A DNA stretch of 64,000 nt, taken from the NCBI RefSeq assembly GCF_006345805.1, contig NC_043014.1, positions 51,336,001 to 51,400,000 of the forward strand. Reading direction: 5' to 3'. Below the pieces are notes generated by a model, which saw only the letters and a list, made by a program, of their open reading frames with translations, had not been told where the DNA came from and did no database searches. Positions within the stretch are counted from its first letter, which is position 1, and each line of letters begins with the position of its first letter. Below are positions 27,307-39,541 of this stretch, one piece after another. This stretch comes from Octopus sinensis. Lineage: Eukaryota. A program made the translations under genes and the position numbers.

Positions 27307-28236
27307 GAAAAAGACAAGGAAAGAGAAAGGCAGATATTCATGGAATGGGAGAAGTATAAGGATAATAGTGAAACCTCAATAAAGAGAGACGTTGAATGTG
27401 AAACGGTACAAGAGACAAACGTGATCTGATACGTAGAAAGATGCAGGGATGTGGACAAAGGGCAAATGAAAGTTATACGAAAGAAAAAATAGAGAAGGAT
27501 GGAGATATCAAGAAAGAGAGAAGCATAAAGCCATGTAGTGAGAATATATATATATATATACATATACATAGAGAGAGAGAGAGACCGGGAGAGATGATTG
27601 TATGGTGAGTGTGGCAGACCTAATTATTGATATAGAGGAAGATAGAGATTTAAGTATCTTGAGAGAGGTGGGGGGAGAGGCAAACGGAAGGAAACAAAAG
27701 AGACTGAAATAAGTTGAGAGGTGTAAGAAATATCAATTGTATTTGGTCAATCCAGTTGATTCGAGTAGAAAAGCAATTCTTTTAGAGACTAATCACGCTA
27801 GTCTATTGATATATTCCTATCTTGCCGTCAAAACGATCATATCACGCAATCAATCATTTTACCTTCAACTTGTGAGATATTTCTGCCAAAGACATCGACT
27901 ATTAGGAAAGTTTGCTGCTTTCACAAAGTATAATTCAATTTGCAAATGCGTCGAGAATTGCAAAAATTTACTCGACCTCACAAGCAGAGTAATAAACGCG
28001 TTCTTACTTCCATCTTTCAATCGATCCGTGGCCATCCTTTCTTTAATTCTTTATTCCTCTTTTCCTTCTTTTACTATTTCTTTCTTTCTTTTCTCTAGCA
28101 ATTCACATCAACTTTGCTGAAGGTGAAGATGTGTCGAGAACCACAATTATCAGGATAAATAAGATTTAGAAAGATGAAAAAAAAAAAAAAAAGAAAATAA
28201 AAAAAAATTGTAACCCCCTCCAAATAAGACACACTG

Positions 28237-28268
<32 letters not shown>

Positions 28269-28374
28269 GTTGTTGTTGTTGAAGAGGTGGTGGTTTTAAT
28301 CGCTTATATTATTGAGGACGATTGAAGATAATCAATGACGACGTCTGATAGTCGCCATTGTTGTAGGTCACACT

Positions 28375-28405
<31 letters not shown>

Positions 28406-28640
28406 GTGTGTATATATGTATATGTGTATATATATATATATGTATATGTGTATATATGTGTATATATGTATATGTATATATGTGTATATATGTATATGTA
28501 TATATGTGTGTGTATATGTGTATATATGTATATATGTGTATATGTGTATATATATATGTGTATATATATATATGTGTATATATATATGTGTATATATGTA
28601 TATATATGTGTATATATGTATATATATGTATACATATACT
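28375..28640. repeat. (TA)/(TG) compound microsatellite
   Basis: Direct inspection. Confidence 0.95.
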
Positions 28641-29218
28641 ACTACACGCTTTAGTGAGGTGAAGATGCAATTTTTTTAAGTGTCTGGTGCATCTGAAAGA
28701 CTACATCACGATATAGGCCTATTCTTATGTAGGTCTATATAATGTATTAATGAAAAGAAATGAAATAAAATACAATAAGACGAATTAGACATTAATTCCA
28801 AGAAGTTTCCTTCCTTTATAATACCGAAGTAACTGCGTTGCTTGAACATCGGACATTTCCTTTCGTCGGATACATCACTATGAGGTCAGCCATGATGAGA
28901 CAGACGTATACCGAAGTTTATTAATGTCGGAAGTAACACTTATCATACTCAGACATAACATATCGAGAAATAAATTATAAATCGTGTCTACGTGCGTGTT
29001 TCTGCTTTCAAATTTAATTACTGAGTAACGTTACACCTGCCAATACGTACACACACACAGACACACACCAAACTACACGTTTTGTATGTCAGTATATCAG
29101 CTACATACGTATAGTTTAGGCGTATTTCTCTTTCAATTAGAAGTGGCAGTGAGCGTCTAATTTATAAAGGTACCTTAGATAGCTTTACTTTAAAGTAGTT
29201 TAGCTCAAATATAATATA

Positions 29219-29696
29219 TTTCTTTATTGCTCACAAGGGTGGATGCAGATGTCTTTAAAATGAAACTGGTTCTTTTCTTGTCAGGTATCTCAAATGAACC
29301 AACTTCACGGCAGGAGGTGCAGATGAGGGCAGCTGCATCGAACTCTCTCATGCACCAAATGGCAATTGCTAAAAAGCATTCCTCAAGTAAAATCATGTAG
29401 CAACACCAAATGGCGGTGCCCCAGCATGGCCACAGCTTGTGAGCTGAAACTAGATAAATAGATAAAAAAATAATAATAATGAAAGGGGCTAAACATAGAG
29501 AGGACAAACAAGGACAGACAAAGGGATTAAGTCGATTACGTCGACTCCAGTGCGAAACTGGTACGTTATTTATCGACCCCGTAAGGATGAAAGGCAAAGT
29601 CATACTCTGGCAGAATTTGAACTCAGAACGTAACGACGGACGAAATACCGCTAAGCATTTCGCCCGGCGTGCTAAGGAGTCTGCCAGCTCGCCGGC
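29219..29696 (-). mobile_element. SINE family B with 19-bp TSD, interrupted by the LINE stub
   Basis: TSD TTAGCTCAAATATAATATA at 29200-29218 and 29697-29715. Confidence 0.9.
29240..29480 (+). mobile_element. 5'-truncated CR1-type LINE 3' end
   Basis: Translates VFKMKLVLFLSGISNEPTSRQEVQMRAAASNSLMHQM (FKxKLDxFLxxxPDEP C-terminal motif). Tail GGCGGTGCCCCAGCATGGCCACAGC..GCTGAAAC. Inserted into the tail of a SINE. Confidence 0.7.
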
Positions 29697-30345
29697 TTAG
29701 CTCAAATATAATATACCAGGCATGTTTTAGCATTGGAAAACATATATTTTTGTCTTGTACCTATTTCTAAAATTCAAATATCCTCACTATTTGCTACGGA
29801 TGTGTAAAATTGCGAAGCGACGTTATTTTCTGCTTAAGTCTAGCATAAAAGGTCTTCTCTCATCTCTCAATTGTAAAGAACTATCGAGCATTTAGAATTA
29901 AAGAAAAGGTAATTAATTGCCTTTTATCAGGATTATCTTAAATACTCAAGAATTAATCGCAATTTTTTCCATAAAATTTTTCACTGCAATATAAACGGAG
30001 GCAATTGGTGTCAATAGAGATAGAATAATTATCATGTTATTTTCTTCGGCATCTGCCGGATTTTAAGCGAAAATTAATTGTTTGGAAAAATAAGATAAAC
30101 GAAAAATGAAAGTCTATTTCCTCATGGGAGAAATAATATTGTAGTCATCCGAAGATTGGTCTTAATTAACTGGAAGGAAATAATAATAAGAACGCTATCC
30201 GGTTTATTAATACAATTGCTGTTAAATGTTGATGAGTAACGTTTTACCCGAATTATTAATCCGACACTCTTTGCTATGTAAAATCACCTGTACGTACAGC
30301 AGTGATTAATTCAGAACACCCCTCGTATACAACAACAGTGCTGTA

Positions 30346-30795
30346 TACGAGGTGGGTTCTGAAAAGTTCCTGGTTTTAAGGGAGTCGCGAAAGACATGAT
30401 TGGAGGCCCAATCGTCTGAGTTCTTTTTACAGGGCTTAGAAAAACTGAAGGACCACTGCAATGATTATGTGAAATTGAGAGAGGAATATGTTGAAGATAA
30501 TCATAATTAACTGATCGTCCTGTATTTTCTTTTATCCGAAACCAGTAAGTTTTCAGCACCCCCTCGTGTACATATATACACGAGAGGTGCTGACAAGCTC
30601 CTGGTTTTAAGGGTATCAAGAATGACCTGGGTGGAGGTCAAAATTTCCGCGTTCTTTTACAGAACTTAGAAAAGTAGGACCGCTGCAATAAGTGTATGAA
30701 TCTGAGTGGGGAATACGTTGAACAAAATCATAATTAATTAATAGTTGCGTATTTTCTTTTAGCCAAACCCAAGAATTTTTCAGTACCCTCACGTA
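30346..30795 (+). mobile_element. Two head-to-tail mariner-derived MITEs (30346-30568, 30579-30795)
   Basis: TIRs of the TACGAGGGGGTGCTGAAAAGTTCCTGG type. Internal remnant FFLQGLEKLKDHCNDYVKLREEYVE (30421-30495) resembles a mariner transposase C-terminus. A third TIR end lies at 30310-30327. Confidence 0.85.
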
Positions 30796-33120
30796 TATCA
30801 TTTTTTTGTTTTCATCTTAGTTTTTACTCGATGCAACCTGTAAGCTGTGGCCTTGCTGGAGCATCGCGATTACTGTCCCTATATTTTTAATTATCCTCCT
30901 ACTTTAAAACATTTAGGGAATGAAGATTTCGAAGTTGCTCCCTTCACTGGTGTTTCTTCCCGTGAATTAGGCTCACCTGTAATTCTTATCTGTAGAAGGA
31001 CCAGTTGCCTTTTGCGGACACTTTTCATCTATATTATGTAGGACGAGCAAAGTTTTTGAGAGGACATTGAAACGGATTTGGAATCGAGTATGCCTGTCAG
31101 TTGATGAGGTGGCGAATGGTAACGAAAAGACTTTGACATACATCACTGGTTGATTGATAGACAGAATGATTAATCATACAATGCGTTATTTAACTGATTA
31201 ATCATTGTAAGTTAAATAATGCAATCAATTGACTAATAATGAGTATGTCTTCATTATTTGCTTGTTACTCCTAAAACATTGACATCGTAGATGTTCGATT
31301 TTCATTCAATAAATTAAATCTGGTGCATATTCAGAACTGTAAAAAGAAATATTTTGAATTAGTTATCATAACATGAATCCTACATAATTATTGGAAGTTA
31401 TTTCCTGCCGAGGTGACTGAAGCATGTTGCTCATGAATACACCACCCGCTCCGGGAATCGAAACCACAATATTAAGATCCAAACAATCTTACGATCCTGA
31501 GTGAATTATTCTAATCACTAGGCAGTACACTCTCACTACTTTGAAGTTATCCATTTGAAATTGGCTCCTAATTGATGCCCAGCGTATTGTTTCTATCAAT
31601 AGTGACCATTATAATAATTTTCAGATTGAATAAATGCAGCAGTGGATATGATTGACTAAAAGAAACCCTGAAGCGCGGCCCCCAGACGGCTGCAGCTCAC
31701 AGAGTGACGCCATCACGTCAATAAAATTTGTGAAATATTGAAGATATACAGATAAACGGAGCTCAATTAGATTGAAAATTGAATAATTATTTCAATAACA
31801 ATATTCAAATCGTTTAACTCTAAATTCCATATGTTTTACATCTCGGCAGAACTGTTCCAATTGCTATAATTTGCCACTCGTTTTTTTTATTATTATTTTT
31901 ATTTTCATGGAGCAACAAAACAGTTTAGAGATTACGAAGAAGAAAATCGAGTTTAATAGACCGGAAATTCCAAACTACTCTATCAATAACTCATTATAGA
32001 AATATTATGAATGTGTAAGCTGTAGTTGTTGATGTTTGGCAGAGAATGTAGAGTGCAGATTAATGGAATTCTGAATGTATATGTTTAGGAGAATTGATTC
32101 CTGGCCGTATTAAATAAATTGAAGTCAGCTGTTGAAGGTCAATCCAATTTTCTAATATTCTAAACAAAATCAATATTGAATGTATTTCAGTTTTGCAATA
32201 AGACAAATTAAAGAAGATCAACATAAAATAAAGCATTATTATTATTATTATTATTGTTATTATTATTATTATTGTGTCAAGTTTTAGTTTCAAGGAATAA
32301 AACGGAGATTATTTTCTCGGGTTATTTATTTATTTTTTTTATGTAATATTTTGTTAGTGGAAATTGTTTGAATAAAATGGTGATTGATTTCTTGTCAGTT
32401 GGGTAAAAAAAAAAAGAGAAAAAAGAACAATACTGAGAGGGAAAGAAGAAAAGAAGACAAGGTAGAGAGTGTGTAAGAGAAACAAATTGAATATATGTAT
32501 CAGAAAGGCAGTGAGATAGGCTAAAAGGAGGGAATGTCATAAACCCTCAGAGAGAGAGAGGGAGTATTATATATATGTGTATATATATGTGTGTGTGTAA
32601 TGACTACAAAAGATATGAGATCTCAAGTAGAAAGAAATAAACATATAATTAGGAAAACATCAACAGAAATGTCAATATCATTGTAAGCGTTTCACAGCGA
32701 AGTATATGAATTTTTTCATCAGCTGTAACATCATATTACTTTGTATATGTGTGTTTCTCTCTCTCACATACGCACACACACATGCACACAAACGTGTGGC
32801 CGAAACTGTAGTGATAATTGGACACTTGACTGGTGAATAGACAGCCACGAATGTTCAGTTCTTTTATCGTCCATCTGTCCGTGTGTTTTCATTGTCGTCC
32901 GTTACGTTCCTGTTCCGTTTTTTAAAATTTATATATAAATATAACAGCGTACGTACACTTATTGCTCAGCTCATATATAGAACATATGTATGTACGTACG
33001 TTAATGTTTGTATTCCTGTGGAGTTGTAATGAAAACAATTTTGCATTAACTTGAAGGATTATCCAATAACTTTTGTAGAGTGCATTTGGTACCTTTCAGA
33101 AAAAAGGTTGACAGAGAATT

Positions 33121-33620
33121 CGAAGCTTTCAATAGGTAGTCCGATGAAGTCTAGAAGGTCGAAACTTCGAAGTCCCCAACACGAATATCTTTTGTAACAC
33201 ATTACTTCATTCAGCGTCATACATTCATTTCTCTCAAATTCTCTCTCTAATCTTCAACTAGATCTGGTGTTGTTGGTTTGATCAGAGTATTGCGAATCTT
33301 TCAAAGATGTTCATCGATGTTATTCATGCAAACGTTTTGTCGTATTTATATATTTCATTTTTGGATTCGGTTTGCAAGATTCTTTATATGAGTTCGTGTG
33401 TTGAAGCATATTCTGTTGTCTCTGGGGAGAGTCATTTTCTTTTTGTGCCTTATAATATAACACACCCACCGGTAAAATTTCCACTCTTTTCTTATTTCTA
33501 TTTTCCTAAAACTTTTGTTGCGTCTTGCAACATTTTCAATAGTCTTGATTATTGAAAAGGTTGCAAGACGCAACAAAAAAGAAAGCAGTGGAAGTTTTAC
33601 CGGTGAGCGTGTTTATATAA
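33121..33620 (+). mobile_element. PLE-type terminus with minimal hammerhead-like motif and inverted duplicated end
   Basis: CCGATGA..CGAAACTTCGAAGTC at 33141-33174. Tail-to-tail inverted repeat at 33450-33620. Confidence 0.55.
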
Positions 33621-35280
33621 TTGCACGAAAACTAGGAAAGATATGAATGGCTGAATTATACACCTCTATGTAGGCGTTCAGACTGCATATATCGGAGGTC
33701 TGTCAATGATCAAAGTGGACCATGCCTCGCCGCATTGTATACACAGACCAATCAAGGAAAACTCGTAGCTGCTCATGCCTACGAGAATCGCCATCTTTAC
33801 ACCGCCAATATTTAATCAAGAGAATGGCTGCCAATTTAGGAAGATACAGTTTGGCACCAGTTACAGCCGGCATAAAGACTTGATTTCTGCGTAAATTTAT
33901 TGACTCGATTTTAAATGGTTTGACCATTTTAAAATCATTTTTGAGTTAATGTCGAATCTCTTTCACTCCACCTACGCAACATAATGAATCAATGACGCAA
34001 TGGTATATTTATTCTTCTCACGGGACCGCCATACCTTCAGTCTAGACACCAAACATCAATTACCAGTTTTTTCTCTGTGTGCATTGAGCGCATCTTTCAA
34101 TGAATACACCCGAAAGTGATTTTGGTTTCTTCTTTGCAAATTAATGAAGCGTGAACAATTATTTAGCTTTATTTGTTTATTTTTTAATTGCTGGATGCTA
34201 GCAAACTACGTTGGATATTTATAAATAGACAGCAAGACTCATGGAAATGAAAATTCTATGTTTATAAATGTTCTTATTTCAATTTTGATGGTAATTCAGA
34301 GAATTGTATGTTGCTTGATGGTATAAATGATTTTGAATAAGGTTTCCTATTTCAAAACATACCAAAGACTGTCTTTAGCGTAATCACCAATCTTGCTTAT
34401 TTTCCATTTGGTTTCATCATATAAGCCTGTTTAAGCATTATACCCGAGCCCATCCTGAGGCTATCCTGTACTGGCTTTAGTCATTGTACAGCGTCCATGA
34501 TAGGAAATGATTTGAAATATAGTAGTCAGGCATATCAACTCCGATATTTATTTTCTAATGTCTCTAGCTTATGTCATTCCCTTTTGCCGAGACACTAAGT
34601 TATATAGACGTAAACAAACTATCATAGGTGGCCATGGGAGAAACACGTACACAGTTTTCGTCTACCAAGTTTACTTACAGAGTATTGGTCAGTCCGGGGC
34701 TGTACTAAAGACTTGCAAAAGACACTGCGCGGTGGTACTGAATGCAGCCATTACTATGCCAATGTGGGACGAAAATGTTATGAATATTTATTATTATTAA
34801 AGCTCCATGACGTTAATTGACTCTAAGAATACAAAACAATATTGCTGGTTTGTAATATAAGTAAGTAACTAGGCTTGTACTTCTGGTTTCCTTTTGACTG
34901 ATTCAAGCTCATACAGGTAACTCAGATAACCTGCTGAAAAATTCCATTTTATCTTTCGGAGATGTACTTGACAGGCAAATGATTTGATCTGACGTTGTGT
35001 GCTGAAGCTAAAAAAACAATTAAAGCTCGGAATACATTTTAGCCATTTAAAAACACAAACTTTACTTAAGGCTTGGCATTAATCTTTCCGTCGCACCCTC
35101 GGCAAACTAGTCGCAAAAGCACCTCCACTGCATCTTCATAAAATCTCATGAACGCCGGAAACTTTATCCTTAATACATCAAAAAACAATAACCATGCATT
35201 ATATTGCTTTGTTGTGGAAATTAATCTAATGTGACATTTTGTATGTATTTTAATTACAATATAATTTACCAAATGATTTA

Positions 35281-35355
35281 CAATTCTTTTCTTTTATTTT
35301 TCAGGTAAGTTCACTGCGATATTCATTATTATCCTCCTATTCCGAGGCCGTGAGT
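35281..35355 (+). other. Candidate recursive splice site (ratchet point) with 45-nt RS-exon (35305-35349)
   Basis: ttcttttcttttatttttcAG|GTAAGT (AG 35303-35304, GT 35305-35306). No AG dinucleotide from 35120 to 35302. Branch-like CTAAT at ~35226. Downstream donor GCC|GTGAGT at 35350. Confidence 0.65.
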
Positions 35356-35704
35356 GCACAATTCCTTTTTCTTTCTTATTTTGTAAATGCTATATCAAAT
35401 TGGCGATTTGTTAAAATGATACCAAACAGGGTTTCAATCACGAAAACCCTTTCTATATTGATTTATTAAGTTATATAAAACACAAGAGTTCAGGGTGTAA
35501 CTTTACCAATGTTCTTTATAAGTACTGAGAACTTAAAAGGCAGCAATCAAATAAATATTTTGACAGATATTTCTCTAACCAGTGTCTTTGTAAAAATTCT
35601 AAGATGTTCAAGTAACTTTTGAAATACTGTTCCAACTTTCGGTATGAAATATAGAATATGGTACCCATCCCACTTCAAGCCGCTAATCAACTACTTTTGT
35701 ACAC

Positions 35705-35935
35705 GGCGAGCTGGCAGAAACGTTAGCACGTCGGGCAAAATGCGTAGCCTTATTTCGTCTGCCGTTACGTTGTGAGTTCTAATTCTGCCGAGGTCGACTT
35801 TGCCTCTCATCCTTTCGGGGTCGATTAAATAAGTACCAGTTACGCACTGGGGTCGATATAATCGACTTAATCCATTTGTCTGTCCTTGTTTGTCCTCTCT
35901 GTGTTTAGCCCCTTGTGGGTAGTAAAAAGATATAT
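35705..35935 (+). mobile_element. SINE family B with 10-bp TSD
   Basis: TSD TTTTGTACAC at 35695-35704 and 35936-35945. Confidence 0.9.
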
Positions 35936-36174
35936 TTTTGTACACAGTTATTAATGCATAATTTATTCATAACTTACGCATACTTTTATATATATGTTGT
36001 GTAAATGAAATACCCCCCCACACACACACACAAACAACTTTAGTTTTCTGTAAAAAATTCAATAAAGTGTTTCCCTGATGAAGCAATGATGCTAAACATT
36101 GAAATGCATTTGGGATGTCTACTGCTGAGTTCCAAACAACCAAGGTGATGAAATGTACGTAGTTGCAAATGATA

Positions 36175-36265
36175 GAAAGACACTTGCCCATTGTGCCACG
36201 TAGTGAGGCTAAACCCAGAACCATGTGTCTGGGGAGTAAGGTTCCTATCATACAGCCACGCCTAG
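36175..36265 (-). mobile_element. SINE family A head fragment
   Basis: GACACTTGCCCA..GTGCCACG..AACCCAGAACCATGT..CAGCCACGCC. Confidence 0.65.
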
Positions 36266-36345
36266 ATTTACGTGAAAATAATGCATGTAGGAATGTATGA
36301 AATGTCTTTAGATGCACCACACATGAGATGGTCTTGTGGGATAAC

Positions 36346-36830
36346 TGTTACACCCCGGTAGACTCTTCACCCTTGTCGTGGTCTCCGTCACGGATCGGCA
36401 CCAAAGTATAAGCGACGAGTAGCGTTGTTGTCAATCTGATGAAGTAGGAAGCGGCGGGCGCTGTGGTGGATGTCAAACGACGAGGTCGAGTGGCTCGACA
36501 ATGGAAGAAACACATGGACACACGCTCATACACTTGAAAGGCGTTTGGGCGCTGGCTCTCCGGTAAGGAGCCGCTGAGAGAAAGAGAGACCGTGGAGCAG
36601 AGGTAGCTGCGAAGCTTTCGATCAGCGCGGGATGACTACCAACGACTTCTTTTGCATGTTCTTACTTATTCATCGGAGGAATGCTGTTGGCGTACCCGCT
36701 TCCACGTGGTCGATCCATCGTTCGCTTCAATATCGAACTCAGTGGTGAATAGACGGGACGTATGAAACAGATCAGAAATACATAACCAGCAATGTTACAG
36801 GTGATTGCAAAAGCTGGCGCCCACCTCACA
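36346..36830 (-). mobile_element. Solo-LTR-like GC-rich segment
   Basis: Sharp ~485-bp GC/CpG-rich block; minus strand runs TGTGAGG...GGGGTGTAACA (TG..CA). No matching TSD seen. Confidence 0.45.
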
Positions 36831-36988
36831 TCTGGTTTTTAGTCTTTGTGATTATTGGTTATGTGTTGCACTTTTATGCATGTGTAGACGTATATGTAAG
36901 CTATATACACATACATATATACACATAAATATGTATGGATATATCTGTATATGCATATATATACGTGTATATATAGATTTATGTATAT

Positions 36989-37048
<60 letters not shown>

Positions 37049-38015
37049 CTTTGTATATAATGTGTATTTGTATGCATGTATATTTTTGTGTGTATGCATA
37101 TACATACATATATGTATGTGTGTTTGTATGCATATATATTTATGGATATATATATATTTGTATTCGTATATATGTTTGTATGTATATATATATATACATA
37201 AGTTAATATACATATGCCATCATTTATAGATAACTGCTTCCAAAGATAACATCCGACTTTTCTTGTATAAATCTGTCTGTAGACGTCCATAAGACATGAC
37301 ATTTCTACAGAATCTTGTATACAACATGGCAGATTAATAATTTATGTCAGTGTATGTGGCTTATCTTTTCGTGTTTCAGTTACATAACACACACTGTATT
37401 CGTGTAAGTAAAGCGGCAGACAAATCGTTGTGATAAAACACCTGCACATGGAATGGAAAATACATAAATATCCTGAAACAGCTTATGAGCATTACCTATT
37501 TGGTAAAGTTGTTATAAATAATATATTGAAACATATGTAGGAATATATGTGTGAGTGTGTGCGTGTGTCTGTGTGAAGGTATGTTATACATGTATGTACA
37601 CATATACATGTAAGTATGTAGGTTTTGCACATGCAGACACACACACATACCCGTATGTATGGAATATATATGTATGCATATAATATATATAAAAACTATG
37701 CACACATACGCTTATATATACAGACATATTTTTGAGCGTATATATCTATACACACATACAGTTATCTCTCAACATAAATATTTAGTGCGAATTGTATGTA
37801 TGTAATATGCCAGAGTCTTTGTGTCGTTGCCGTATATTTGTCCTTGAAATATAACAATGCTTCTCAACTTACGTTTAAATTTATTTCACATCGACGTATC
37901 TCTGCTTCTCTCCTTAGTCTTGTGTTGATGCTTAGTAGAAATAGATTAACATTAGGATTATTTCCAAACATGACATGAACTCATAAATCATTCTCTGAAG
38001 ATCACTTCGTCGTAT

Positions 38016-38056
<41 letters not shown>

Positions 38057-39085
38057 GCGCTACTAGAGTTTCATAGAAGAGTTCGATGAAGGCCATTGTC
38101 ATGCAGACAGACAAAAGAATCTAATTGTTCACACCTTAACGATTGACTAATCTTTCGCACCAAGGCTCCTACCAAAGTGACAAGGCCAATTTAGTATGTA
38201 ATTAGTCTAAATAAAATGTTATAATTTCCCTGTAGACAAGTATTGCACTTTATGGAACAGTTAATGAAGAGAGTCGCGTGTATCAATCAATCTTATAATT
38301 GCTGATATACACACCCTTTCAATTTTACTGATATTCGGATATAGAAGTAGACAGGCATTGTACGAGTTTCCATGCAGCTTGTACAATTATTTTGATTCGT
38401 GGTTATCCACAAGGAAGTCTTTAATCAGTTTAGTCATAGTTTCGGATGAAATACGATTGAATTTGAATATATCATGGCTATTCAGTTAAATTGACGTGAA
38501 AGAGAAGGCTTTTGTGTGTCAGTAAAATAGTATTACCTTTATTTCTAATACTTCTCGAAGCATTAAAGGACATGGAGCATGTTAAGCTCGACTTTATACA
38601 ATTTATATCGAATATTTGACGGTATCTATACTCTATTAGGAAATATACTTCCTTCAAAGCATTTGGAAATGTCACTGTTCGAGTATATTGAACCATTGAA
38701 ACTATAGGGTGGATTAAATCAGAAGACCTTATTTTCGTATATTTGCACTTTTAAATATTTGTGTTATGCTTTATGCAACATCGAACGGAGAAGACAGCGT
38801 TATTAACTGATTGTTTGTCATTCACATTCTAACACTTTTTCCTCTCCTGTCACTCTCGCATTTTCTATGGTTTCCGCTTTTTACTCGTTAGATGGCGCCC
38901 ATGTTGGGGCACGGTTTTTCAGAATATTAGTTGAACGAACTGACCCCAGTACTTAGGTTTTTATAAGCCTGGAACTTAACCTACTGGTCACTTTTGCCGA
39001 ACCGCTCCTTACTGAGACGGTTCTCAAGCAGTGGCGGATCATAAGCGCACACGCACAACTATATATATATATATATAATATATAT

Positions 39086-39117
<32 letters not shown>

Positions 39118-39505
39118 ATAGAAATATTAAAATTACTAAGTCTCTTTAAAAGAGATTACGATAACTATTATATATATATATATATATATAAAATTAGTTT
39201 CAACGTATGTTCTTCACAACGTCTTTCAGCGCGAAGACACGAAACGAATACAAACCGTTTTTGCATTTGTTTTTTGTTTATTATTCGTCTGTGTTTTTGA
39301 GGTGTTTTCAACGTACAAAAAAAAAAAAAATATATATATATATTTATCGGATTTCTTGCATATCTTTCTATCATTCCTTGCTCATATACTTCGATACAAA
39401 AGTACAATAAGCATACACGAAATACAAAATCTTTACCATAAACAACAAAGATATTTCCATTTTCCAAAATGCGTTTTTTTTCCTCTGGCACTGATACACG
39501 TTACG

Positions 39506-39541
<36 letters not shown>

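Noticed and set aside
36437-36460. CTGATGA as a hammerhead core
   Set aside because: No stem II/GAAA/GUH arrangement follows.
36815-36823. TGGCGCCCA as a tRNA-Lys primer-binding site
   Set aside because: It is not directly preceded by an LTR CA end, and no internal retroviral sequence follows.
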